This document shows, one piece after another, positions 39,929 to 49,288 of a stretch of 64,000 nt of DNA; position 1 is the first letter of the stretch; every line of letters begins with the position of its first letter. The DNA comes from an uncultured Candidatus Entotheonella sp. GTDB lineage: Bacteria; Tectomicrobia; Entotheonellia; Entotheonellales; Entotheonellaceae. The notes under the pieces were generated by a model, which was not told where the DNA came from, searched no databases, and saw nothing but the letters and a program-made list of their open reading frames with translations. The translations under genes and the position numbers were made by a program. Location: the NCBI GenBank assembly GCA_965217185.1, contig OZ244252.1, positions 672,001 to 736,000 on the forward strand, read 5' to 3'.

Positions 39929-40017
39929 GTAGGTCGGATTAGCGAAGCGTAATCCGACATTCCGCCACGCCCGTGGGTTCCCGCTGTCGGATTACGCCTG
40001 CGGCTAATCCGACCTAC
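39929..40017. repeat. Inverted REP doublet (REPIN-like), copies 5 and 6
   Basis: GTAGGTCGGATTAGC..TAATCCGACA at 39929-39959 and inverse copy at 39985-40017. Confidence 0.88.
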
Positions 40018-40130
40018 TTATGCGTTCATCCTGCGCCGATTCCCGCTACAGAAGCCCAGGGCGGCGTGCTACGATAGGCTCCAATGGCTCCCGCAAGATA
40101 CTCTAGCCTCGTCTCTCACCTGGATTCGGC

Positions 40131-40991
40131 ATGAACATCCTGATAGCAGGTTGCGGCTACGTCGGCACCGCCCTCGGGGTGCATCTGGCCGCCGATGGGC
40201 ATGACGTGTGGGGCCTGCGGCGGCGTCCCGAAGGATTGCCGGACACGGTGCGGCCGCTGGCCGCCGACTTGACGGACCCCGCAACGCTGCGCGATCTGCC
40301 GCCGGGTCTGGACGTCGCGTATTACACCGCCGGAGCGGCGGACAGCTCGGAGGCCGCCTACCGAACGGCATACGTCGATGGCCCGCGCCACCTGTTGGAG
40401 GCGCTGCAGCAACAAGGCCAGCGTCCGCGCCGGGTGGTGTTCACCTCCAGCACCGGGGTTTACGCGCAGGGGCGCGGCGAGTGGGTGGACGAGGATTCGC
40501 CCGCGGAGCCGCTGCACGCCGGAGGGCAACATCTGCTGGCGGGCGAACGACTCTTTCTGGACGGCGCCTTGCCCGCCACCGTGCTGCGTCTGGCCGGCAT
40601 CTATGGGCCGGGGCGTACGCGCCTGATCGAAAACCTGCGGCAGGGCAACGCCACGTATCAGGACAGCCCGCCGGTCTATCTCAATCTCATTCACCGTGAC
40701 GACTGCGTCGGCGCGCTGCGTCATCTGGCGGCCCTGGCCCGCCCGGCGTCGCTGTACGTCGGGGTCGATTACCGGCCCGTCGAGCGCGGCACGTTGCTGC
40801 GCTGGCTCTCCGGCGTGCTGGACACACCGCCGCCGCGCCTGATGGCGGCCTCAACGAACCGGCGCAGCAACAAACGCTGCCGCAACGCCCGTCTGGCGGC
40901 TTCCGGCTACCCGTTCCGATACCCCACGTTTCAACACGGCTACAGCGCGATCATCGACGCGCTGCCCAAGGAGAAAAAGCCCTATGTCTAA
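40131..40991 (+). CDS. NAD-dependent epimerase/atypical SDR (YeeZ-like)
   Basis: IAGCGYVG, SSTGVY, LRLAGIYGPGR, IHRDD. Confidence 0.88.
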   Translation: MNILIAGCGYVGTALGVHLAADGHDVWGLRRRPEGLPDTVRPLAADLTDPATLRDLPPGLDVAYYTAGAADSSEAAYRTAYVDGPRHLLEALQQQGQRPRRVVFTSSTGVYAQGRGEWVDEDSPAEPLHAGGQHLLAGERLFLDGALPATVLRLAGIYGPGRTRLIENLRQGNATYQDSPPVYLNLIHRDDCVGALRHLAALARPASLYVGVDYRPVERGTLLRWLSGVLDTPPPRLMAASTNRRSNKRCRNARLAASGYPFRYPTFQHGYSAIIDALPKEKKPYV

Positions 40992-42588
40992 GATGACCGG
41001 TGGTCAAGCCCTGGCAAAATCGCTGCACCGCGAAGGCGTGCGCGTCATTTTCGGCCTGCCCGGCGTACAGCTTTACCACCTGCTCGACGGCCTGTACGAC
41101 GAGGCGGACATCCGCTTCATTCCGGTGCGCCACGAGCAGGCCACCACCTACATGGCGGACGGCTACGCGCGCGCCAGCGGCGGCATCGGCACGGCACTGG
41201 TGGTGCCCGGCCCCGGCCTGCAAAACGCCTCGGCGGGCATCGGCACGGCGTATTCGGCGTCGTCGCCCATCCTGGTGGTGTCGGGGCAGATCCAGCGCGA
41301 CTTCATCGGCGTGGACCGGGGCATGCTGCACGAGGTGAACGACCAACTGGACACCATTCGTCCAGTGACCAAGTGGACGCGGCGGATTCTGAAAGCGCAG
41401 GAAGTGCCGGAGGCGGTGCGCGAGGCGTTCTACCAACTGAAGACGGGCCGGCCGCGCCCGGTGGAAATCGAGATCCCCCCGGAAACGCTGGCCGAAACCG
41501 CCGACGTCAAGCTGCTCGACCCGGCCGAGCCGGAACGCGAGGCGGCCAGCGCCGATAGCGTCAAAGCGGGCGCCAAAGCGCTGAAGGGGGCCAGCAAACC
41601 GCTGATTCTGGCGGGCGGCGGGGCGATTTCGTCGCAGGCCAGCGCGGCGCTGCAACGGCTGGCGGAGTACCTGCAGGCGCCGGTCCTCACGACCAGCGAG
41701 GGGAAGGGGGCGCTGTCCGACCGCCACGACTTGGCGCTCGGCGCCCTGCGGCTGCGGCACGACCCGATTACCGGCGACTACATGAAACAGACGGACGTGG
41801 TGCTGGCGGTGGGCACGCGGCTGGCCAGTCCTGAAATCCTCAGCGGCCAGACGGTGGTGCAGGTCGACGTTGATCCGGCAGAGATCGGCCGCAACTACGA
41901 AAAGACGGTCGGCTTGGTCGGGGATGCGAAGAAAACCCTGGAAGCCCTGTACGACGCGGTCAGCGGCCTGATGCCGGCGCAATCAGGCCGCGAGCAGGAG
42001 ATCGCCGCTGTCAAGCAGGCGCGCCGCACCAGCGAGCACGCTCAACAGCAGCCGCTGGCCGGGTTTGTCGGCGCCATCCGCAACGCCGTGCCGGAGGATG
42101 GCATCATTATCAGCGGCATGACGCAGGTAGGGTATTTCAGCCGCGCCTATTTCCCCGTCTACCAAGCCGGCACCTACCTCACCTCCTCGTATTTCGGCAA
42201 CCTCGGCTACGCCTATCCCACCGCCCTCGGTGCCAAAGTCGCCTGTCCCGACAAGGCCGTGGTCGCCATCTCCGGCGACGGCGGCTTCATGTACAACGTC
42301 CAGGAAATGGCCACCGCCGTGCAGCAGAAGATCAACGTCGTCGTCATCGTCTTCAACGACAGCGCCTTCGGCAACGTCCTGCGCGACCAGCGCGACCGAT
42401 TCCAAGGGCGCGTCTATGGCTCGGAACTGCACAACCCGGATTTCATGACGCTGGCCAAGGCGTTCGGCGTGCGTGGCGCCCGGGCCACCACCGCAGAGGA
42501 ACTCGAAGCGCAACTCCGCGAGGCGCTGGATGTGGACGCGCCGACGCTGATCGAGGTGCCGTGCGGGCCGATGCCGTATCCGTATTGA
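40984..42588 (+). CDS. Thiamine-pyrophosphate-dependent enzyme (acetolactate synthase-like)
   Basis: FGLPG, RHEQ..YMADGYAR, GDGGF...FND. Confidence 0.92.
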   Translation: MSKMTGGQALAKSLHREGVRVIFGLPGVQLYHLLDGLYDEADIRFIPVRHEQATTYMADGYARASGGIGTALVVPGPGLQNASAGIGTAYSASSPILVVSGQIQRDFIGVDRGMLHEVNDQLDTIRPVTKWTRRILKAQEVPEAVREAFYQLKTGRPRPVEIEIPPETLAETADVKLLDPAEPEREAASADSVKAGAKALKGASKPLILAGGGAISSQASAALQRLAEYLQAPVLTTSEGKGALSDRHDLALGALRLRHDPITGDYMKQTDVVLAVGTRLASPEILSGQTVVQVDVDPAEIGRNYEKTVGLVGDAKKTLEALYDAVSGLMPAQSGREQEIAAVKQARRTSEHAQQQPLAGFVGAIRNAVPEDGIIISGMTQVGYFSRAYFPVYQAGTYLTSSYFGNLGYAYPTALGAKVACPDKAVVAISGDGGFMYNVQEMATAVQQKINVVVIVFNDSAFGNVLRDQRDRFQGRVYGSELHNPDFMTLAKAFGVRGARATTAEELEAQLREALDVDAPTLIEVPCGPMPYPY

Positions 42589-42730
42589 TGAGGTTTTTTT
42601 CGTTACTTCCTTACTACCTTGTCGACATGTTCTGTCCAGAACTTCAAGTAAGTGGACGCTGTAAGGTTACTTTGGTTAAGATGTCAGCCCAGTAGACACT
42701 GCTGTGCGATCCCTTGCGAAAGGTTTTGCG

Positions 42731-43471
42731 ATGCCACGATCCACGGTTGTAGCGCCTGACATTGAATACCCGGATTCGGACGGCCAGCCCATGGCGGAAA
42801 CGGATTTCCAACGCGAGGTGATGATGTATGCCATCGAGGCGCTGAAGATACACTTCCGGGAGCGCGAGGATGTCTACGTTTCAGGCGACCTGTTCATTTA
42901 CTACGAAGAGGGCAACCGGGCGGCCGCAGTTGCCCCGGATGTTTTCGTGGTGTTCGGCGTTCCGGGACACATGCGCCGTACCTACTTGTTGTGGCAGGAG
43001 GGCAGGGCGCCTGACTTCGTGATGGAAGTGACCTCGGATAACACTCGGGAGGACGATCAGGGGCGAAAGCACGAGTTGTACACGCGCCTGGGAATAACGG
43101 AATACTGGCAATTTGCCCCGACCGGTGATTATCTGGCTCCATCTCTGCAGGGCTTCATGCTGTCGGGCGGCCGTTATGGCAGGGCACTCGCTCTGGAGCG
43201 GGTGGGCGCCGTTTGGAGTGCGTACAGCCCGGCACTCGGGCTGAATCTCCGTCTTGATGGAGGTATGCTGCGGTTTCACGATCCGATGACGGATGAATAC
43301 CTCTTGACGCTCTTGGAAGAAAACAGGGCGCGCCGGGATGCCGAAAACCGTTTTCAGGAATCCGAACAGGCCCGTCGGGAAGCGGAAGCACGACTGGCCG
43401 AAGTGGAAGCCCGCCTGCGAGCCTTGCAGCGATCAACATCGCCAACGCGGCCCGACCAATCTGAAAGGTGA
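42731..43471 (+). CDS. Uma2 (DUF820) family endonuclease-like protein
   Basis: YPDSDGQPMAET, VAPDVFV, PDFVMEVTS, EYWQF, coiled-coil tail. Confidence 0.9.
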   Translation: MPRSTVVAPDIEYPDSDGQPMAETDFQREVMMYAIEALKIHFREREDVYVSGDLFIYYEEGNRAAAVAPDVFVVFGVPGHMRRTYLLWQEGRAPDFVMEVTSDNTREDDQGRKHELYTRLGITEYWQFAPTGDYLAPSLQGFMLSGGRYGRALALERVGAVWSAYSPALGLNLRLDGGMLRFHDPMTDEYLLTLLEENRARRDAENRFQESEQARREAEARLAEVEARLRALQRSTSPTRPDQSER

Positions 43472-43573
43472 GTCGGAAACCCAAGTTAACGTCGTGCAGA
43501 TTGGGTTTTCGGTATCTGCAAACGCTTCGGACCGCGCTATGCCCCCTTCCACTTCGCCTAAATCCTTTTTTCG

Positions 43574-44659
43574 TTAACCTGCCCCGCCTGCCAGTCGGTG
43601 CACAAGGCTTCTGACTGTCTCAGCGACCCGATCAAGCTCCTCCCCATATCCAAAGCGTTGGTGGAAGAGAAGAGAAACTCTTTCTGGTTCCGGGTCGGCG
43701 CGGATATTCAACTCCTCCAGCAAACCTTGTAACTCTGCCGCCTTATCTCCCGAGTGTCCGATGCGAAACTCCCAACCCGCAGGGCTAACGACTGTCCTCA
43801 CATTAACCTGAAAATCTTGGCGTCTGATACGATGCACAAGTTCATCAACAAGGGAGCAAGGTACATCCTTGTTTCCAAGGTCCGGACGTCGCAAATGTTG
43901 TGACACATTGGGGGCCCCTGGCCCCAGTTCTTCCCTAAGTGCGTTAACCTTCTCGCAGAGTTCGGTTCTCAAGGCGCCACACCGCGTGAGGAAAGCCGAA
44001 ACGTCATCCAGACGCCCTCCGACCAACTGACGAAATTCTGAGTCCATCACCATACCCCTTTGCAAGTAATCAACCGTGCTCAGAAAATCGAGCATGAACG
44101 GAAGATAGCGCGCATCCGCGCTCGTAATGAATCTCCCAAGCAGTACACGGATTTGAGCAACGAACTGCTGATGCGTGATGTTTTCGAACCTGTGGGGACT
44201 ACCTGCGGTAGTGGAGTTAAGCGTGAGAAGAAGCAAGCGTATGTTTCGACATCGAGGCTTCAAGTCGTAGGCGAATGTTTTGTAGTCGTCCAATGGATTT
44301 GCGACACGAGCGTATATCTTGTTCTCAATCAAAATCACATGGCTATCAGACTGAATGAGAATATCAATCTGGTTCCCGGCATCTGTGGGTACTTCGCGTT
44401 CCACCGAAACGTTACTGTCCGTCCATTCTCGATGGTGCTGAAACTTGCCAGTGCGTGCGAGAGCATTCAGGAACAATGTGCCAAGTCCGTGCGGCTTATT
44501 CGGATCCAAAAAGAAAGCAAGGACATTACTGAAGGCATTCTCCTTATGCGCATACCCGGCAATTCTCATAAAGGTCGGTAGGCCCTCCGGAGGTGCCGGA
44601 AGCCGTCGAAATTCATCCAGAGATTGGCTATCTGTGCCAACGTGAATGCCTCCTCTCAC
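43574..44659 (-). CDS. PD-(D/E)XK nuclease family protein (PDDEXK_4-like)
   Basis: EN.FSNVLAFFLDP..PHGLG, VERE, IDILI, IENKI; GTGA overlap with the upstream gene. Confidence 0.85.
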   Translation of the reverse strand: MRGGIHVGTDSQSLDEFRRLPAPPEGLPTFMRIAGYAHKENAFSNVLAFFLDPNKPHGLGTLFLNALARTGKFQHHREWTDSNVSVEREVPTDAGNQIDILIQSDSHVILIENKIYARVANPLDDYKTFAYDLKPRCRNIRLLLLTLNSTTAGSPHRFENITHQQFVAQIRVLLGRFITSADARYLPFMLDFLSTVDYLQRGMVMDSEFRQLVGGRLDDVSAFLTRCGALRTELCEKVNALREELGPGAPNVSQHLRRPDLGNKDVPCSLVDELVHRIRRQDFQVNVRTVVSPAGWEFRIGHSGDKAAELQGLLEELNIRADPEPERVSLLFHQRFGYGEELDRVAETVRSLVHRLAGGAG

Positions 44660-46068
44660 ATCAAATCCATTTTCGCCCCTGCTTCTTCGACCCTCCTGAC
44701 CAGAAAATTACACAAGCCTTCCAAAAGCGACGCCTCGGCACCAACTGAATCCGCCAGAAGCGCCTCCGTCTCCCGAATCGCCTGAGGAAGGGTGCGCCAC
44801 GGGACCGTGCCTTCCTCTGCCATGAGGCGTTTGGCAACGTTGGCCTCATAGCGGCTGCGGTCGTGCGCCGGCATCGCTTCCGGGGCTTCGGTGCAGAGCA
44901 GCCGCTCGCCCAGCACCTGCAGCCGTGCGTCGGACAAGCGGCCGAGGAAATTGGCGCGGTCAGACCAGGCCGCCTCGTGAAATTCGGCCATGACCGTCTG
45001 ATCCGCGGCCCCGGTGAAGTCGTCGTAGATCTGCTCTTCGACGCGAACGGAGGGTTCTTTGGCCTCGCGGGCATCGGCCATGGCCGTGATCAGGCGCTGG
45101 GCAAAATCCTCGTTGCCCCGAATCCAGGCAGCGCGGTGCCTGATCTCGTCGGTGCCGGGCATTCGCATGCGCACAGGGGCGGGGACGTCCTCGCAGGGCA
45201 GGATGCAGGGGCCGGCGTTGGCGCGCAGGCGCCGCACCGGCTTGGGGCTGGCCGCGAGGCGCGCGCTCAGGTCGTCATCGGCAAGTGCGGCGAACGCCTC
45301 CGGATCGTTGGACAGGTCGAACACAAACAGTTCCGAGTCGTAATCGGGATTCGGTCCCAAGGCGGTAACCATCCACGAATAAGCCCTGCCGAAGAAGACG
45401 TCCGTGAACGAAAAGACCTCGTTTGCCTCGACAAAATCCAGCACCGCCGCCTTCGGCGCGAAACGCACGAAGTTCGACCAGTAACCTTCAGCCCGTTCGC
45501 GCACGAGCCGGCACAGGTGGAGGGTCGCCTCGGTGTCCCCGATCGCGTCGTGTGCTGCGTCGTGGCGGAAGCCATTGAGCGGCGCGAGTTGGACAAGGCG
45601 GAAGGTCGACCGGCCCTTTTCGTTGACCGGCACCGAGAGGATACCCGGCTGAAAGAAGTTGACCGCCTGGAGGATCGGCAGGCTGTCCAGGCGGCAATTG
45701 CCGTTCGTGTTGGTGAGGTACGGGTCGTGCAGGGTCTTGTAGAACGCCTGGCGCAGCAGGGTCTCGTCGAACCGCATCGAGTTGTGGCCGATGAAGACGG
45801 CGGGCGACCATTCCTCCAGCTTGGCCTTGATGGTCCGCACCATTTCGTAATGGCTTGGCAGGCCGGGGTCTGTAAGTTGCTCAACGGAAATTCCCGTGAC
45901 GCACAAGGCCTCAGGCGACGGCACCACGTATGGCAACAGCCGGCAGCGGATTTCAAACCGCTCCAGCTCCTGCAACTCGTGATCCGTCCTGATCGCACCG
46001 AACTGGAGGATTTGATCGAAGCTGGTGTTCGTTCCGGTGGTTTCGGTGTCGTAGAAGACGAAGCTCAT
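44656..46068 (-). CDS. Exonuclease I (SbcB)-like DEDDh 3'-5' ssDNA exonuclease
   Basis: FYDTETTG, QILQFGAIRTD, GHNSMRFDE, AHDAIGD, C-terminal VEEQIYD.F. Confidence 0.88.
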   Translation of the reverse strand: MSFVFYDTETTGTNTSFDQILQFGAIRTDHELQELERFEIRCRLLPYVVPSPEALCVTGISVEQLTDPGLPSHYEMVRTIKAKLEEWSPAVFIGHNSMRFDETLLRQAFYKTLHDPYLTNTNGNCRLDSLPILQAVNFFQPGILSVPVNEKGRSTFRLVQLAPLNGFRHDAAHDAIGDTEATLHLCRLVRERAEGYWSNFVRFAPKAAVLDFVEANEVFSFTDVFFGRAYSWMVTALGPNPDYDSELFVFDLSNDPEAFAALADDDLSARLAASPKPVRRLRANAGPCILPCEDVPAPVRMRMPGTDEIRHRAAWIRGNEDFAQRLITAMADAREAKEPSVRVEEQIYDDFTGAADQTVMAEFHEAAWSDRANFLGRLSDARLQVLGERLLCTEAPEAMPAHDRSRYEANVAKRLMAEEGTVPWRTLPQAIRETEALLADSVGAEASLLEGLCNFLVRRVEEAGAKMDLM

Positions 46069-46090
46069 GCGATGGTCTCCGTGGTGGTTG

Positions 46091-46618
46091 TCAGGCGAAC
46101 AGATATCCGAGCCGGAACTGCATGGCGGACAGACTGACCCGGAAGCGCCTGGCCAGAGCACTCACCGTGGCGTCGTCGTCGATATCGAAAGGTGCGTTGC
46201 CAAGGGCTTCGGTCAGAAGGAACTCCGGCATCAGCAGTTCCGCCGCAAACAGGTTGGCCTCGATCTCCATCTCATCCACGCCTGCCGCCGAAACGGAATC
46301 GCGCATCAGCATGGGGAATGCCTTGTCAACGTGCACCTCCTTGGTGACCCGGTCGCGGTGCAGGACCAGATGGCCGCATTCGTGGGCGATCGTAAAGCGC
46401 TGGCGATTGGGACGATGGATCGCGTTGACGCCGATGATCGGTGTTCCATCCTTCACGTACACCATGCCTGAAAGCTCCTGGTCCAGCGGCGAAAAGCGCA
46501 ACTGGACCGACAGCCTCCTGGCGATGCGCTCGACCGGAACGGGCGGGGCCGTGACCTGATTGTCCTGGAGCAGGGCGCGCGCCCGGCGCAAGATCGTCCG
46601 TCGTTTTCGCTCGTTCAT
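46091..46618 (-). CDS. ImmA/IrrE family metallopeptidase
   Basis: RQRFTIAHECGH, EIEANLFAAELLMP. Confidence 0.92.
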   Translation of the reverse strand: MNERKRRTILRRARALLQDNQVTAPPVPVERIARRLSVQLRFSPLDQELSGMVYVKDGTPIIGVNAIHRPNRQRFTIAHECGHLVLHRDRVTKEVHVDKAFPMLMRDSVSAAGVDEMEIEANLFAAELLMPEFLLTEALGNAPFDIDDDATVSALARRFRVSLSAMQFRLGYLFA

Positions 46619-46977
46619 CCCTCACCCTCGGTGTTGTCCGGATTGCTGCCGCTCAGGACGTCGCTCAGCAGGCGCAGGACATCCAGCCGTTGCTTGTCCG
46701 TGAGCCCTTCTTTGGGAAGCGGCAACTCGGATAGCTCGTCGTCGTGAGGCGTCGAGGCCAGCGGCGGCATGAGCACGGCCGGCGAGTCAAGGTCAAGGGC
46801 CTCGGCGATGGCGTAGAGGTGATGCAGCCGCACCTTTTGCCGCCCCACTTCGATATTGGCCAGCGAAGCCCGCGATATGCCGATTTCAGCCGCCACCTGC
46901 TCTTGGGTCCGCCGGGCTCCCTCGCGGTAGCGCCTGATGTTTCGCCCCACTTCCTTGTATATATCATCCGCCTCCAT
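46615..46977 (-). CDS. XRE-family HTH transcriptional regulator
   Basis: TQEQVAAEIGISRASLANIEVGRQ; ATGA overlap with the peptidase gene. Confidence 0.92.
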   Translation of the reverse strand: MEADDIYKEVGRNIRRYREGARRTQEQVAAEIGISRASLANIEVGRQKVRLHHLYAIAEALDLDSPAVLMPPLASTPHDDELSELPLPKEGLTDKQRLDVLRLLSDVLSGSNPDNTEGEG

Positions 46978-46985
46978 AGCGTCTC

Positions 46986-47070
46986 CGTATATGAGGAAAC
47001 ACCGGCCATGTCAATTCTGCAAACCCTTTTGTTTGTATTTCATACTTATAAAAAGTTGTAAAAACAAACA
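46986..47070 (-). promoter_or_regulatory. Putative sigma70 promoter for the HTH operon plus AT-rich palindromic operator
   Basis: Minus strand TTGACA(47014-47009)-17 nt-TATACG(46991-46986); inverted repeat TGTTTGTATT 47030-47039 / AAAACAAACA 47061-47070. Confidence 0.55.
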
Positions 47071-47132
47071 TATTGCCTTATATTGCCCTCCCTTGCGGTA
47101 ACCCCATCTATCCGGCACCCAGGGAGAGCGCC

Positions 47133-49211
47133 ATGCTGAACACCTACGAACGCCGTCTGATCGCCTTCTACCTCTCAAACGCCGCCGCACGCCTGCACCA
47201 CCATGACCTGGAGGCGTCGGAATTGGCCGAGTGGCTCGCCCGCCGGGAGAACCACACCGTGTTCGCGGGAGGCAGGAGACGGCCACGCGTGGACTGGGCG
47301 GAGACGGACTTCGGGGAACGGATGTCGATGCGGAAGTGGCGTGGCATCCAGGAAACGCTGCGCAATGAATATGCGGCGCTGAAGCGGACGCGCTGCGACC
47401 GCACGGCGCAGCGGCTCCGGCGTCTGGGCAAAATGGTCGGCCTGACGCCGACGGACGCCGACATCCTGGAACTTCTGCTGCGCTACCAGACACAGCCGGT
47501 CATTGAGTCGATGATCGACGAGATTTTCGGCCACCCCAGAAGAGTGCGCGCTCTCAACCTCAAGGGGCCGGCACTGCCCGCCCTCCTTGGCAAATCGGCG
47601 CACACGATCCAGGCCCGCTTCGGCGGCGACCAGCCGCTCGTTCGCTCGGGACTCGTGCACGTCGACCGCGACGGCGACCCTGAAGTCGTCAAGCGGCTGC
47701 ACCGGCTCGCCACCGCCCCCTGGAACGGCAATCGTGACGTGAACCGCCTGCTCCTGGACGCCGCGTCCGAGAGTGAGCTGGAATGGCAGGACTTCGACCA
47801 TGTCGCTCAGGACCGTGATCACATCGAAAGGCTGTTGAAAGGCGCTTTGGAGAACAGCGAGCCGGGTGTCAACATCCTTCTGTACGGACCGCCGGGCACT
47901 GGCAAGACCGAATTCTGCAAGGTCCTGGCCGCGCGCCTGGGCGTGACCCTCTACAGCGTCGGCGAAGCGGACGAGGATGGCGATGAGCCAAGGCGCGACG
48001 AGCGGCTCAGGGAACTCCGGCTTTCCCAGCGCCTGCTCGCCCGGGAGCGCCGCTCGCTGCTTCTCTTCGATGAAATGGAGGACCTGCTTTCGGACGCCTC
48101 GTGGGGTCTGGAGATGTTCGGGCGGTCGTTTGCTTCCCGCTCCTGGAACGACGGCTCGAAGGTCTTCATGCACCGGCTGCTGGAGGAGGCGCCGGCGCCC
48201 ACGCTGTGGACGGTCAACGATGCCCGGCGAGTTGGCACGACCCTCCTGCGCCGCATGATGTTTGCCCTGGAACTGTGCCTGCCGACACCCGCCGTCCGGC
48301 AGCGCATCTGGGCGCGGCAGCTCCGCCGCAACGGTATCGAGGCGGGAGCGGACGAGGCGCGCGCACTGGCCGTCGCGTTCGAGGCCGTTCCCGGCGTCGC
48401 GGCCGGTGTCACTGCCGCCGCCCGCCTCGCCGGCGGTGACATGGCTGCAGTCCGCCGCGGCGTGCGCAGCCTGTCCCGGGTCCTGGCGTGCGACAAACCC
48501 CCACAAGTCGCGCCGCCCCGCTTCGACCTCGCGCTCATCCATGCCGATACCGACCCGGCGGCGCTCGCCGATCGTTTGGCCAACAGCGATGAACGGCGCA
48601 TTTCGCTGTGCCTGCAGGGACCTTCCGGGACGGGCAAGAGTGCGTTCATTCGCTACCTCGCTGAGCGCCTCGGCCTGGAGGTCATGCAGAAACGGGCGTC
48701 TGATTTGCTATCCATGTGGGTGGGGAGGACGGAGCAGCAGATCGCCGCTGCGTTCGCCGAGGCGCGCGACATCGGTGCCTTCCTGATCTTCGACGAAGCC
48801 GACTCGCTGCTCGCCGACCGGCGCTTTGCCGAGCGGACGTGGGAGGTCTCGCAGGTCAACGAGATGCTGACCTGGATGGAGAGCCATCCGCTGCCCTTCG
48901 CCTGCACGACCAATTTTGGTGCGGGCTTCGACCCTGGGACGCTGCGACGCTTCGTCTTCAAGATCACGCTCGATTACCTGACGCCCGCACAGGTGGCGGC
49001 AGCCTTCCGCCGCTACTTTGCGCTCGAACCCCCGACGCCGGTGACGTCCCTTGCCACCCTGACACCCGGCGACTTCGCGGTGGTGCGCCGCAAGGCGGAG
49101 GTACTCGGATTACTGGCAGACGCGGAGGCGCTGACCGCCATGTTGCGTGCCGAGTGCGACGCCAAGCGGGAAGGAACGCGGGGCATCGGCTTTCGCCCCG
49201 AGGCGACGTGA
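47133..49211 (+). CDS. Tandem AAA+ ATPase
   Basis: GPPGTGKT/LLFDE and GPSGTGKS/LIFDE; C-terminal IGF motif; AGGGAG RBS. Confidence 0.9.
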   Translation: MLNTYERRLIAFYLSNAAARLHHHDLEASELAEWLARRENHTVFAGGRRRPRVDWAETDFGERMSMRKWRGIQETLRNEYAALKRTRCDRTAQRLRRLGKMVGLTPTDADILELLLRYQTQPVIESMIDEIFGHPRRVRALNLKGPALPALLGKSAHTIQARFGGDQPLVRSGLVHVDRDGDPEVVKRLHRLATAPWNGNRDVNRLLLDAASESELEWQDFDHVAQDRDHIERLLKGALENSEPGVNILLYGPPGTGKTEFCKVLAARLGVTLYSVGEADEDGDEPRRDERLRELRLSQRLLARERRSLLLFDEMEDLLSDASWGLEMFGRSFASRSWNDGSKVFMHRLLEEAPAPTLWTVNDARRVGTTLLRRMMFALELCLPTPAVRQRIWARQLRRNGIEAGADEARALAVAFEAVPGVAAGVTAAARLAGGDMAAVRRGVRSLSRVLACDKPPQVAPPRFDLALIHADTDPAALADRLANSDERRISLCLQGPSGTGKSAFIRYLAERLGLEVMQKRASDLLSMWVGRTEQQIAAAFAEARDIGAFLIFDEADSLLADRRFAERTWEVSQVNEMLTWMESHPLPFACTTNFGAGFDPGTLRRFVFKITLDYLTPAQVAAAFRRYFALEPPTPVTSLATLTPGDFAVVRRKAEVLGLLADAEALTAMLRAECDAKREGTRGIGFRPEAT

Positions 49212-49288
49212 GCATGCTGAACGGAAAATGCTCTAGGGCATGGGGCCGTGCAGGCAGACAGATTATTCACGAGGAGAAGGAGATATTG

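Noticed and set aside
39929..40017. Possible CRISPR repeats
   Set aside because: Copies are inverted and dispersed (REP-like); no spacer array or cas genes
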